A stretch of DNA of 50,007 bases from Planctomycetota bacterium (GTDB lineage Bacteria; Planctomycetota; UBA8108; UBA1146; JAKEFC01), in NCBI GenBank assembly GCA_022616235.1, contig JAKEFC010000080.1, positions 1-50,007 on the forward strand. The letters run 5' to 3'. The notes beneath the pieces are model-generated. The model was not told where the DNA came from. It searched no databases and worked only from the letters and a program-made list of their open reading frames with translations. Both the position numbers and the translations under genes were made by a program. This document shows, piece after piece, positions 8,989-17,844 of the stretch (positions are counted from its first letter, which is position 1; every line of letters starts with the position of its first letter).

Positions 8989-10025
8989 GCGTCGCCCCCC
9001 GCCGTCAAGTAGAGCGCCGCCATGCGCACGGCGAGGCCGTTCGTCACCTGCTCCAGGATCGCGGAGCGCGGTCCATCCGCGACCTCCGGGGTGATCTCGA
9101 TGCCGCGGTTGATCGGCCCGGGGTGGAGGACGAGCACGTCGGGGCGCGCCCGGCGCATGCGCTCCGAGTTGAGCCCGAAGAGGCGGGAATACTCCTCGAG
9201 CGAGGGGAAGAGTCCTTGCTCCTGGCGCTCGCTCTGGATGCGAAGGAGGCAAAGGACATCCACTTCGGGCAGGACTTCATCCAGAGAATAGGACACGTCC
9301 ACCCCGATGTCGCGGAGCGAGCTGGGAACGAGGGTCGGCGGGCCAACGAGCACGACCTTGGCGCCGAAGCGCAGGAATGCCCACATGTCGGAGCGTGCAA
9401 CGCGGCTATGGCGGATGTCCCCCACGATCGCAATGCGCTTGTTCTCGACGCTCCCCAACTTGTCGATCACCGTGAACAAATCGAGGAGCCCTTGCGTCGG
9501 GTGCGCGTGGGCGCCATCGCCCGCGTTGATCACGCACGCCTGGACGCGTTCCGAGAGGAACTGCGGGGCGCCCGGCGCCGGATGACGGAGCACCACGGTA
9601 TCGACGCCCATCGCGATGATGTTGCGCGCCGTGTCGAGCAGGGTCTCTCCCTTCTTGACGCTCGAAGTCTCGCCGTTGAAGTCGACGACGTCCGCGGAGA
9701 GGCGCTGCGCCGCGAGCGTGAAGGAGATGCGAGTGCGCGTGCTCGGCTCGTAGAAGAGATTCACCACGACGCGCCCCCGCAAGGCGGGCACTTTCTTCAC
9801 GCTACGGGTGCTCACTTCGCGAAAGGAGCGCGCCGTCTCGAACAGGAATTCGATCTCTTCGCGGCTGAGGCTCGCGACGTCGAGCAGATGGCGGCGGCGC
9901 CAGGGACGGCGCTCGTCTCCCGGCGCGCCGGCCCCGGCGCTAGCGCCGGTAGCGGCACCTGCCACTACCTCGGGACGCGGGTTGGGACGCGAGTCGGGAT
10001 GCGGCTCGCGAGACGGCGGCGTCAT
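8985..10025 (-). CDS. pyrB: Aspartate carbamoyltransferase catalytic subunit
   Basis: FYEPSTRTRISF, HPTQGLLD, HPGPINRG. Confidence 0.97.
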   Translation of the reverse strand: MTPPSREPHPDSRPNPRPEVVAGAATGASAGAGAPGDERRPWRRRHLLDVASLSREEIEFLFETARSFREVSTRSVKKVPALRGRVVVNLFYEPSTRTRISFTLAAQRLSADVVDFNGETSSVKKGETLLDTARNIIAMGVDTVVLRHPAPGAPQFLSERVQACVINAGDGAHAHPTQGLLDLFTVIDKLGSVENKRIAIVGDIRHSRVARSDMWAFLRFGAKVVLVGPPTLVPSSLRDIGVDVSYSLDEVLPEVDVLCLLRIQSERQEQGLFPSLEEYSRLFGLNSERMRRARPDVLVLHPGPINRGIEITPEVADGPRSAILEQVTNGLAVRMAALYLTAGGDA

Positions 10026-10594
10026 CGCCCACCGTCTTCTCGGATCGCGACGACTTCGTCTCTCCCATCGAGTTCGGCGAGGCGAAGCTGAACGCGCTCG
10101 TTCCGCGGGCGCTCGACGACGACCCCGACGTGGTCGGGATGGATCGGCAATTCCCGCATCTTGCGATCGATGAAGACTCCGAGCACGACTCGGCGCGGGC
10201 GCCCGAAGTCGGCGAGCTGCGTGAGCGCGGCGCGGATCGTGCGCCCGGTGAAGAACACGTCGTCGACGAGCAGCACGTTCGCGCCGTCGATGTCGAATTC
10301 GATCTGACTAGGTCGTACCGTGGGCTGCGGGCGGGCGGGGGTGAAATCATCGCGATAAAGAGTGATGTCGAGCACGCCGCTCGGCAGCGCGGGCCCGCCC
10401 TCGTCGCGGATTCGGTGCTGCAAGCGCTCCGCCAAGAGGTCGCCACGACGGTGGATGCCGACGATCCCCCAAGGACCTTCGCCGCCGGCGTGGCGAGCCG
10501 CGTCGCCGCCGCGCACGCGCGCCGCCAATTCGTGAAAGAACTTGTCGAGCAAGCGCGACGTCTCCGCCGCATTGAAGATGATCGTGTCGCTCAT
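10022..10594 (-). CDS. pyrR: Bifunctional pyr operon regulator / UPRTase PyrR
   Basis: GIHRRG, LDITLYRDDF, LLVDDVFFTGRTIRAAL, RELPIHPD; ATGA overlap with pyrB. Confidence 0.95.
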   Translation of the reverse strand: MSDTIIFNAAETSRLLDKFFHELAARVRGGDAARHAGGEGPWGIVGIHRRGDLLAERLQHRIRDEGGPALPSGVLDITLYRDDFTPARPQPTVRPSQIEFDIDGANVLLVDDVFFTGRTIRAALTQLADFGRPRRVVLGVFIDRKMRELPIHPDHVGVVVERPRNERVQLRLAELDGRDEVVAIREDGGR

Positions 10595-10715
10595 CCGTTG
10601 TGGCCTATCTCGAGACCTCGCATGGCTGCGGTCGGCTGCGCCGGGGAGCATATCCGAAAGCCGGGCGCGGCACCGGGCGTTTTGCGCCGAGAGCCGGCGA
10701 AAGGGACGCGGAACG

Positions 10716-11873
10716 TCAATCGGGCTCGGTGAGCGCGGCGAGCGCACGCGGCGGCGCGCCCGCTCCCATCTCGGCCTCCGCCGCCGCGAGGATCGCTTCG
10801 TGGCGTGGCAAGAAGGGAGCCGGCACGCCGCGCGGCGGATCTTCTGCGCCGAAGAGCGCGCGCAAGATCCCCGCTTCGAGGGCGTGGAGCCCCTTCCCCG
10901 CCAGTACGGAGACGGCAATTCCATCAGCGAGCGCAGGTGCAGCGCTGCCTGCCGCACCGCGGCGCTCGTCCGAACGCGAGTACACCTTGAGCATCGCGCA
11001 CCGGTCGCGAATGCGTCGTTCCTCCGCGCGCGACTCCGCGCTCGCATTCGGCGGCTCGAGGAAGACCACGAGGTCCGCGCGCGCGATCGCCTCCCGCATG
11101 CGCAGGACCCCCTCCCGCTCCAGCTCGTCGCCCGCTCCGCGGAGTCCGGCGCCGTCGCTGAGGAGTATCGGATAAGCCCCGATCACGGCGGGTTCCTCGA
11201 TGACGTCGCGCGTCGTGCCGGCCGCGGCATCGGTGACTACGCGCTCGCCACCGAGGAGGTAGTTGAAGAGCGTGCTCTTCCCCGCATTCGGCACGCCCGC
11301 GAGGACCACCCGCTTAGGCTCCAAGAGTCCGCGCGCGGCGGGGCCGCGGGCGCGAATCGCGCGCAATTCCGCCAAGGTCGGTGGGGGTGATCCTTGCACC
11401 GCCGCCTCCGCCCAACCGGCAAGGCCCGTCGCCTCTTCCGGCTGCCCCTGCTCGAGCAGAAGCTCCGCCGCCGCCAGAGTACGTACCCCCGGCAACAGAT
11501 CGAGCGCCTCGCGCCAGATGCGGGATGCTCCGGCGGCCGGAAATGCCCAGGCCGTCGGAAAGGTAATGGGCGGCGCTTCGGATGCGCCCGCGGCTGCCAG
11601 CGCCTCGCAAAGCTCGGCGACGAGCAGCGGATTGCCGTGCACGGTGAGGATGAATTCTGCCGATTCGTCGGGGCGCGGAATGACCATGCCGTCGTCGATC
11701 GTCGCCCCGCTCGCCGCGACGAAGCGCCCATAGCACGCGCGATCGCGAGGCACCCCGTGCTTTGACGTGAATACGCGCGCGAGCACCTCGCGGCTCCCCG
11801 GTCCGAGCAGCTCGAGGACGTGTAGCGCGCCGCGTCCGAACGGGGAAGCGCGCCGCACGTAGCAGGGCTTCAC
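10716..11873 (-). CDS. MnmE/TrmE-like GTPase, shortened and lacking the C-terminal CxGK motif
   Basis: TrmE_N-like start (ASPFGRGALHVL, IDDGMV, VHG); G1 GVPNAGKS, G2 GTTRD, G3 DGAG; GTGA overlap with the coaX stop. Confidence 0.75.
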   Translation of the reverse strand: MKPCYVRRASPFGRGALHVLELLGPGSREVLARVFTSKHGVPRDRACYGRFVAASGATIDDGMVIPRPDESAEFILTVHGNPLLVAELCEALAAAGASEAPPITFPTAWAFPAAGASRIWREALDLLPGVRTLAAAELLLEQGQPEEATGLAGWAEAAVQGSPPPTLAELRAIRARGPAARGLLEPKRVVLAGVPNAGKSTLFNYLLGGERVVTDAAAGTTRDVIEEPAVIGAYPILLSDGAGLRGAGDELEREGVLRMREAIARADLVVFLEPPNASAESRAEERRIRDRCAMLKVYSRSDERRGAAGSAAPALADGIAVSVLAGKGLHALEAGILRALFGAEDPPRGVPAPFLPRHEAILAAAEAEMGAGAPPRALAALTEPD

Positions 11874-12607
11874 GCCCCTCCCGACTGCGCCGCGGCCACA
11901 CGCAGGCCATCGAGCGTGAGATGCGGGGCAACGATCTCGATCCCCTCGCACGATGAGGAATACGTCGCCGCCCCGCCGCCGGTTGCCACGACGGCCGTGT
12001 CGCGCGCGAGCCTCTGTTTCATCGCGTGGATATGGAAACCGATGCCGCCGGCGAGCATGCCGAACACGCCGCGGCGAATCGCGTCCTTCGTGTCGCGGCC
12101 GTAGAGGATCTCGGTCGGCTCGATGTCGACGTACGGAAGGAGCGAGGTCCCGGACGCGAGCGAGCGCGCGAGCAGTTCCGGGCCGGGCAGGATCACGCCG
12201 CCGCAGAAGTCTCCCTGCGGAGAGACGACGTCGATCGTGACCGCCGTTCCGAAATCTACGATCAGCGCCGGCCGATTGGAGCGCTCGCGCCACGCGATCG
12301 CATTGAGCAGCCGGTCGGCGCCGACCAGGCGCGGGTCGGGCCCCAAGCAGCGAATCGGCAGTGGGTTATCCGCTCCGAGCTGCTCGATCGGAATCCCGCC
12401 CAGCGCGCCCCAGGAGTCTAGCCAGCGCGCAGCGCCATCGCGGTTGACAGACGCGAACACCGCACGCGCCGCTCCGCGCCACGCGGGGAGCGGTAATTCC
12501 CAGGGTCCGGCCGCGGGAAGGCGCCCGGCATCCGAGAGCGTGCTGCCCTCGAACACCCCCCAATGGAGGTTCGTGTTGCCGAGGTTGAGTGCGAGTAGCC
12601 GGTCCAT
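11870..12607 (-). CDS. coaX: Type III pantothenate kinase
   Basis: NLGNTN, GADRL, VDFGTAVT, GGVILPG, VATGG, HLTLDGL. Confidence 0.93.
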   Translation of the reverse strand: MDRLLALNLGNTNLHWGVFEGSTLSDAGRLPAAGPWELPLPAWRGAARAVFASVNRDGAARWLDSWGALGGIPIEQLGADNPLPIRCLGPDPRLVGADRLLNAIAWRERSNRPALIVDFGTAVTIDVVSPQGDFCGGVILPGPELLARSLASGTSLLPYVDIEPTEILYGRDTKDAIRRGVFGMLAGGIGFHIHAMKQRLARDTAVVATGGGAATYSSSCEGIEIVAPHLTLDGLRVAAAQSGGA

Positions 12608-12770
12608 GCCCCTCCATCGCGCCATGGGCAAAGTCCGCGATTATAAGCAGGTGGAGGCGGAGCAGCGCGAGTCTCTTTGGCGGCGCGCGGCGGCGCGCGG
12701 CGGCGCGGAGCATGCCGGAGCGCCGCTCCCGTGTCTGCCCCAGCGGACGCTCCGCCGATCATATGGCCCT

Positions 12771-12966
12771 CGTGTCGAGGCTCTGACTCGACACGCGCGG
12801 GCCCGCGGCTCTGCTTCCGATGGCGTGACGATGCGGTACGTGCCGGCCCGTGGGACTGAGAAGCGGCAGAGCCGCAGGGGCTCGGTGTCGAGGCGGAGCC
12901 TCGACACCAGGGGCTAACTCGAGGACCGCGCCTATCGCGGAGCATGCCGGAGCGTCGACACTAGGC
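12771..12966. repeat. REP/REPIN-like palindromic intergenic element, copy 1
   Basis: Palindromes GTGTCGAG..CTCGACAC and GGTGTCGAGGC-GGA-GCCTCGACACC-AGGGG flank an inner GCGGCTCTGC..GCAGAGCCGC stem; colinear with 34224-34427. Confidence 0.8.
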
Positions 12967-12991
12967 CGCGTCGATGGCGGGTAAGGCGGTC

Positions 12992-14089
12992 TTAGTACTC
13001 AAAGTGGAAGTCGTGGGCCATCGCGCCTTTGTAGATCCCCTTCAGCTCGAGCTTCAGCTCGTCGGGGTAGTCGGCGGCGGCCATGGCGTCCTCGAGGGCG
13101 ATCTCGTCGGACTGATAGAGCTTCTTCAAGCTCTGGTTGAAGGTCTGGCAACCGAAGTAGTCGCCTTCCTTGATGGCGGTGTACAGCTCGGGCGTGCGGC
13201 CCGCTTGCAGGAGGTCGCGGATCGTGGGGCTCGCGATCATCATTTCGAGGGCGGGCACGCGGCCACGGCCATGCTTGCGCGGGAGCAGTCGCTGGGACAC
13301 GACACCTTGCAGCACGAGGGAGAGCTGCAGGCGAATCAGCTCGTGCTGGTGGGGCGGGAAGTAGTTGATGATCCGCTCCACCGTCTGCGAGGCGTTGATG
13401 GAGTGCAGCGTCGAGAGCACGAGGTGGCCGGTCTCCGCGGCGTTGAGCGCCGCTTCCATCGTTTCGCGATCGCGCATTTCGCCGATCAGGATCACATCGG
13501 GGCTCTGGCGCAGCACGTGCTTCAGAGCATCGACGTAGTTGTGGGTGTCGATCCCGATCTCGCGCTGATCGATGATCGACTTCTTGTCTTTGAAAATGAA
13601 TTCGATCGGGTCTTCGATGGTAATGATGTGGCGGTTGAATTGCTCGTTCATGTGATTGAGCATCGCCGCCAACGTCGTGGATTTCCCCGAGCCGGTATTG
13701 CCGGTCACGAGAACCAGGCCGCGCGGCTGCGCGACCAGGCGACCGAGGACCTCGTCGGGAAGATTCAATTCGGCGAATGAGGGCACGGTGGCGATGATGT
13801 GGCGGAACACGAAACCGAGTTGACCGCGCTGGCGATAGATATTGACGCGAAAGCGGCCGATCCCGGGAAGCTCGTAGGCGGTGTCGATCTCGCAGTTGTT
13901 CGGGAGCGGATCGCGCCGCGAGTCCTCGATGATCTCCAACATCTCTTGCGTGTCCTGCGGAGCGATCTCTTCCGTGTCGAGGAAGTGCACGATGCCATCG
14001 ATCCGGAGCGTAGGAGGTCCGCCGACCTTGATGAAGAGGTCGGAGGCCTTCTCGATGACCATCTTGCGAAGCATTTCGTGGAATTCCAT
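12992..14089 (-). CDS. pilT: Type IV pilus retraction ATPase PilT/PilU family
   Basis: ASDLFIKVGGPP, GRFRVNIYRQRG, GNTGSGKST, TIEDPIE, LRQSPDVILIGEMRD, AETGHLVLSTLH. Confidence 0.93.
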   Translation of the reverse strand: MEFHEMLRKMVIEKASDLFIKVGGPPTLRIDGIVHFLDTEEIAPQDTQEMLEIIEDSRRDPLPNNCEIDTAYELPGIGRFRVNIYRQRGQLGFVFRHIIATVPSFAELNLPDEVLGRLVAQPRGLVLVTGNTGSGKSTTLAAMLNHMNEQFNRHIITIEDPIEFIFKDKKSIIDQREIGIDTHNYVDALKHVLRQSPDVILIGEMRDRETMEAALNAAETGHLVLSTLHSINASQTVERIINYFPPHQHELIRLQLSLVLQGVVSQRLLPRKHGRGRVPALEMMIASPTIRDLLQAGRTPELYTAIKEGDYFGCQTFNQSLKKLYQSDEIALEDAMAAADYPDELKLELKGIYKGAMAHDFHFEY

Positions 14090-14199
14090 CGAACCTCCTG
14101 ATAGGCGGCCGCGATCCTCGAGCCATATCCTTGGTCGCGGCGCACGATCGCTCCGTGCAGTCGTGCAATTCCCTCGTAGCTACCTTTCAGTATATCCCG

Positions 14200-15225
14200 C
14201 TATTCGGAGGGCGGCGAATTGCAGGCGCGGACGGCGCTCCAAGCAGCTTCGAGGAGGTCGGATAGCCCAGCGCCAGTCACCGCGGAAAGCGCCAGAACCG
14301 GTGCGCCGATGGCGCGAGAAAGCGCCGCGACGAGCGCGCCGCGTCGCTCCTCGGCGATGAGATCGATCTTGCCGATCGCGGTGAGCACACGGCGCTCTAC
14401 CAAGCGTGCGGAGAAGAGCCGCAGCTCCTCGCGGATGATCCGGTAATCTCGCACGAGATCTTCGACCGTGCGTTCGAACGGATCCAAGAGATGGACGAGC
14501 ACGCGAGTTCGCTCGAGGTGACGAAGGAACTCGGTGCCGAGACCTAGGCCGGTGTGGGCACCCTCGATCAGGCCGGGGATATCCGCGAAGGTGAGACGCC
14601 GCTCTCCGTCCAGGACCGCGATGCCGAGCTGGGGGGCGAGGGTCGTGAATGGATAGTCCGCGATCCGCGGGTGCGCCGCGGAGACGCGCGAGAGGAGGGT
14701 GGACTTGCCCGCGTTGGGAAGCCCCACGAGTCCGACGTCCGCCATGAGCTTGAGCACGAGCGACAGCTCGCGCTCGACCCCATCCTCGCCCCGCTCGCAC
14801 TCCCGCGGGGTTTGATGGGTCGCCGTGGCGAATGCCTTGTTGCCGCGGCCGCCGGCGCCGCCGCGAGCGACAAGGATCGAAGAATCGACGCGGTCGAGAT
14901 CGGCGAGAAGATCACCGGTCCTGCGGTCGCTCACCTGCGTGCCGACCGGGAGTCCAATGAGCAGATCGGCGCCGTTTCGTCCGGAGCAATTCTTGGCGCC
15001 GCCTGGGCGGCCATTCTCCGCCGCATAGATGTGGCGGTGGCCGAGATCGAACAGGCTCGTAAGTTGGGGATTCGATTGCAAGACGACGTGGCCGCCGCGG
15101 CCGCCATCTCCCCCGTCGGGGCCTCCGCGCGGAACGAACTTCTCGCGGCGAAAGGACACGCACCCTGCGCCGCCCTTTCCGCTCCGCACGAGGATCACTG
15201 CCTCGTCGACGAAATGAACGCCCAC
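14200..15225 (-). CDS. obgE: GTPase ObgE/CgtA
   Basis: FVDEA..FRREKFVPRGGPDGGDGG, GLPNAGKS, YPFTT, DIPG. Confidence 0.97.
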   Translation of the reverse strand: MGVHFVDEAVILVRSGKGGAGCVSFRREKFVPRGGPDGGDGGRGGHVVLQSNPQLTSLFDLGHRHIYAAENGRPGGAKNCSGRNGADLLIGLPVGTQVSDRRTGDLLADLDRVDSSILVARGGAGGRGNKAFATATHQTPRECERGEDGVERELSLVLKLMADVGLVGLPNAGKSTLLSRVSAAHPRIADYPFTTLAPQLGIAVLDGERRLTFADIPGLIEGAHTGLGLGTEFLRHLERTRVLVHLLDPFERTVEDLVRDYRIIREELRLFSARLVERRVLTAIGKIDLIAEERRGALVAALSRAIGAPVLALSAVTGAGLSDLLEAAWSAVRACNSPPSE

Positions 15226-15382
15226 AAAATCGCTCTCTAGGATTCAGATTGGAACGCAGAGCGCGTACAGCGCTGCCGGGCGCCGGCGCGGCTGCGCGCA
15301 GCCTCTTGGCGCGAGCCGGTACGCGCGGCACAGGGGTCCGGATCTGTTGAAGCGGAAGCGAATGGCGCGGGCGGCGGCTCGA

Positions 15383-15628
15383 TCAGGAGCTGGGATAGAC
15401 GCTGATTCGATTCCTGGTCTCGAACTTGACGCGGCCTTCGATCATTGCGAAGAGAGTGAAATCGCGGCCGAGACGTACGTTGTGCCCCGCGTTGAACTTC
15501 GTCCCGAGCTGGCGCACGAGGATCCCTCCGGCGCCCACCAGTTCGCCGTCGAACTTCTTGATCCCGCGGAATTGCGGCTGCGAATCGCGGCCGTTGCGGG
15601 AGGATCCCTGCCCCTTCTTGTGCGCCAT
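15383..15628 (-). CDS. rpmA: 50S ribosomal protein L27
   Basis: [33 protein letters not shown]. Confidence 0.97.
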   Translation of the reverse strand: MAHKKGQGSSRNGRDSQPQFRGIKKFDGELVGAGGILVRQLGTKFNAGHNVRLGRDFTLFAMIEGRVKFETRNRISVYPSS

Positions 15629-15650
15629 GTCGCTGCTCCTCGATCTCGAT

Positions 15651-15965
15651 CTACTTCGCTTGGATGCTCTCGATGCGGACCTGCGTGTACACCTGCCGAT
15701 GTCCAGCCCTCGTGTGAGAGCCTTCCCGCCGGCGGAAGTGATGGTAGCGGACTTTCGGTCCTTTCGCTTCCGCGAGCACTTCCGCGACGACGCGCGCCCC
15801 CGCGACAAGCGGCTTACCTACATGGATCCGCTCCCCCTCTTCGATGGAGAGGACTTCTGAGAATTCGATGCGGCTGCCCGGCGCGGCTTCGCGGCGCTCG
15901 ATCGCAACCGTATCCCCTTCACTCACGCGGTATTGTTTCCCGCCGTCTCGAATGATCGCGATCAT
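15651..15965 (-). CDS. rplU: 50S ribosomal protein L21
   Basis: [18 protein letters not shown]; canonical rplU-rpmA-obgE order. Confidence 0.96.
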   Translation of the reverse strand: MIAIIRDGGKQYRVSEGDTVAIERREAAPGSRIEFSEVLSIEEGERIHVGKPLVAGARVVAEVLAEAKGPKVRYHHFRRREGSHTRAGHRQVYTQVRIESIQAK

Positions 15966-16142
15966 TGCTTCACTTTCGCCGTCCATTCCCGAAGCGGCCG
16001 CTACGCGCATCTCCGGGCGTGCCTGCTGGTTGCCGAAAAGGGGAGGATATTACCGGCAGTTACGCCTCGCGAAAAGCCCGTTTCGTTCGTGGGTCTGGCC
16101 TCGGGGCCGGCTCGGCTCCCGGCCTCCTCGCCGGGATGCGCG

Positions 16143-17639
16143 TCATTCGTAGCTCACTCGAAACTGGTCGGCCGCGAGGTCCGGCGACAAGCGGACGGCG
16201 ACGCGCTTACCGCTCTTTCGCTCCAGCTCCAGGATCTGCTCGCGCTTCTCGTTCGCGAGCCGCTCCATGAGGCCGGCGCCTACCTCCACGACTCCGCGCC
16301 GGTGCCGCCGTTCCCCGAGCCCGCGCTGGAGCTGGCGGAAGATGGCAGTCGCGACGTTGCGGGCGCTGCGGACGGTTCCGCGGCCCGCACAGGTCGGACA
16401 GGTCTCGCGGGCGACCCGATCCTTCGAAGGGCGAAGCCTCTGCCGCGTCATCTCGATGATCCCGAAGCGCGACATGCGGCAAAACCACGTCTTCGCCCGG
16501 TCGTGCCGGAGTTCTTGGCGGAGCGCCTGCTCGACGCGCCGGCGATGCTTCGCCTCGGTCATGTCGATGAAGTCGCAAACGACCACTCCGCCGAGATCGC
16601 GCAGCCTGAGCTGCCGGCCGATCTCCGCTACCGCCTCCAGGTTGATGGAGATCGCGGTCTTTTCGAGGTCCTCCTCCGCACGGTAGCGGCCGGAGTTCAC
16701 ATCGATCGCCACGAGCGCTTCCGTTTCGTCGATGACGAGCGACCCGCCGCTCGGCAGAGGGACCTTGCGGTCATAGATGCTCTCGATCTCCTTCTCGACG
16801 CCGAATCGATGGAAGATCGGCGTCGAACCACCGAAGTGCTTCACGCGGTCGGCGTAGCGCGGCATGACCCGCTCGAGGAACTGGCGCACCCGCGCGGTCA
16901 CCGCTTCGTCATCGATCACGATCTCTTCGATCTCCGGCTTGAAGAGGTCCCTCACGGTTCGGATCACGACGTCGCTCTCCGCATGCAGGAGCGCCGGCGC
17001 GCGCCCGTTTTCCAGCTTCTCTAGGATCCCCTGCCAGAGCTGTCGGAGGAACTTGAGGTCGCGGTCCAAGTCGCGCTTGGCTTGCTCGGCGCCCGCGGTG
17101 CGCACGATCAGTCCGACGTGCGGCGGCGGCTTCAAGTTCTCGGCGATCGCGCGCAGGTCGTCGCGGGCCTTTTGATCCTCGATCTTCTTCGAGACGCCGG
17201 CGCGGGTCATCCCCGCCATGAGCACGAGGTAACGCCCGGGAAGGCTCACGAAGGTCGTGACGCTAGGTCCCTTGTGGCCGATCGCCTCCTTGGAGACTTG
17301 CACGAGCACTTCCTGCCCCTTGGTGAGCAGGTTCTGGATCAGCGTCTTTTCCGCCTGCTCCGGCGGGCGCTCATCGAAGCGATTCACCGGGATTCTGCGC
17401 GCGCCGCCGTAGGCGTGGTGCACGTCGGAAACGTGCAGGAAGCCGCTCCGCTCCTCGCCGAGGTCGATGAAGGCGGCCTGAATGCCGGGCTCGATGTTCA
17501 CGACTCGTCCGAGATAGATGTTTCCGTGCTGCGTCTTCTCGGTCGTCTCTTCGATTTGGTACTCGAGCAAGCGATGATCGTCGGCGAGCGCGACGCGCAC
17601 CTCCCCGGGCTCCTCGACGTTTACGAGCAATCGCTTCAT
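16143..17639 (-). CDS. Rne/Rng family endoribonuclease (RNase G-sized)
   Basis: S1 domain (GNIYLGRV..QAAFIDLG), AIDVNSG, LRLRDLGG..DFIDM, Zn-link CPTC. Confidence 0.93.
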   Translation of the reverse strand: MKRLLVNVEEPGEVRVALADDHRLLEYQIEETTEKTQHGNIYLGRVVNIEPGIQAAFIDLGEERSGFLHVSDVHHAYGGARRIPVNRFDERPPEQAEKTLIQNLLTKGQEVLVQVSKEAIGHKGPSVTTFVSLPGRYLVLMAGMTRAGVSKKIEDQKARDDLRAIAENLKPPPHVGLIVRTAGAEQAKRDLDRDLKFLRQLWQGILEKLENGRAPALLHAESDVVIRTVRDLFKPEIEEIVIDDEAVTARVRQFLERVMPRYADRVKHFGGSTPIFHRFGVEKEIESIYDRKVPLPSGGSLVIDETEALVAIDVNSGRYRAEEDLEKTAISINLEAVAEIGRQLRLRDLGGVVVCDFIDMTEAKHRRRVEQALRQELRHDRAKTWFCRMSRFGIIEMTRQRLRPSKDRVARETCPTCAGRGTVRSARNVATAIFRQLQRGLGERRHRRGVVEVGAGLMERLANEKREQILELERKSGKRVAVRLSPDLAADQFRVSYE

Positions 17640-17764
17640 CCTGCCGCCGCTCTCATGACTTCCAAGCCAAAGGAGGGAGTGTAGCGACGCGGGATTTTGA
17701 CAGGAACGTCTTTCCGGTCCGGCGCTCCCCATGGCCGCGCCGGGCGCAGCTCCCGGAAATGACA

Positions 17765-17796
17765 CAAGGCCGGGGGTCCAACGACCCTCGGCCTTG
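17765..17796 (-). terminator. Probable intrinsic terminator of the pil operon
   Basis: Hairpin CAAGGCCGAGGGTC-GTTG-GACCCCCGGCCTTG about 50 nt after the secretin stop; weak U-tract (TGTCATTT). Confidence 0.6.
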
Positions 17797-17844
17797 CGCG
17801 AAAACTGCCCGCAACGAGCCGCGTAGCTAGGAGGCTTCCAAGCG

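Noticed and set aside
12771-12966. Repeated palindromes as a possible CRISPR array
   Set aside because: Only 2-3 degenerate units per locus, intervening sequence is conserved between loci rather than unique, and there are no cas genes.
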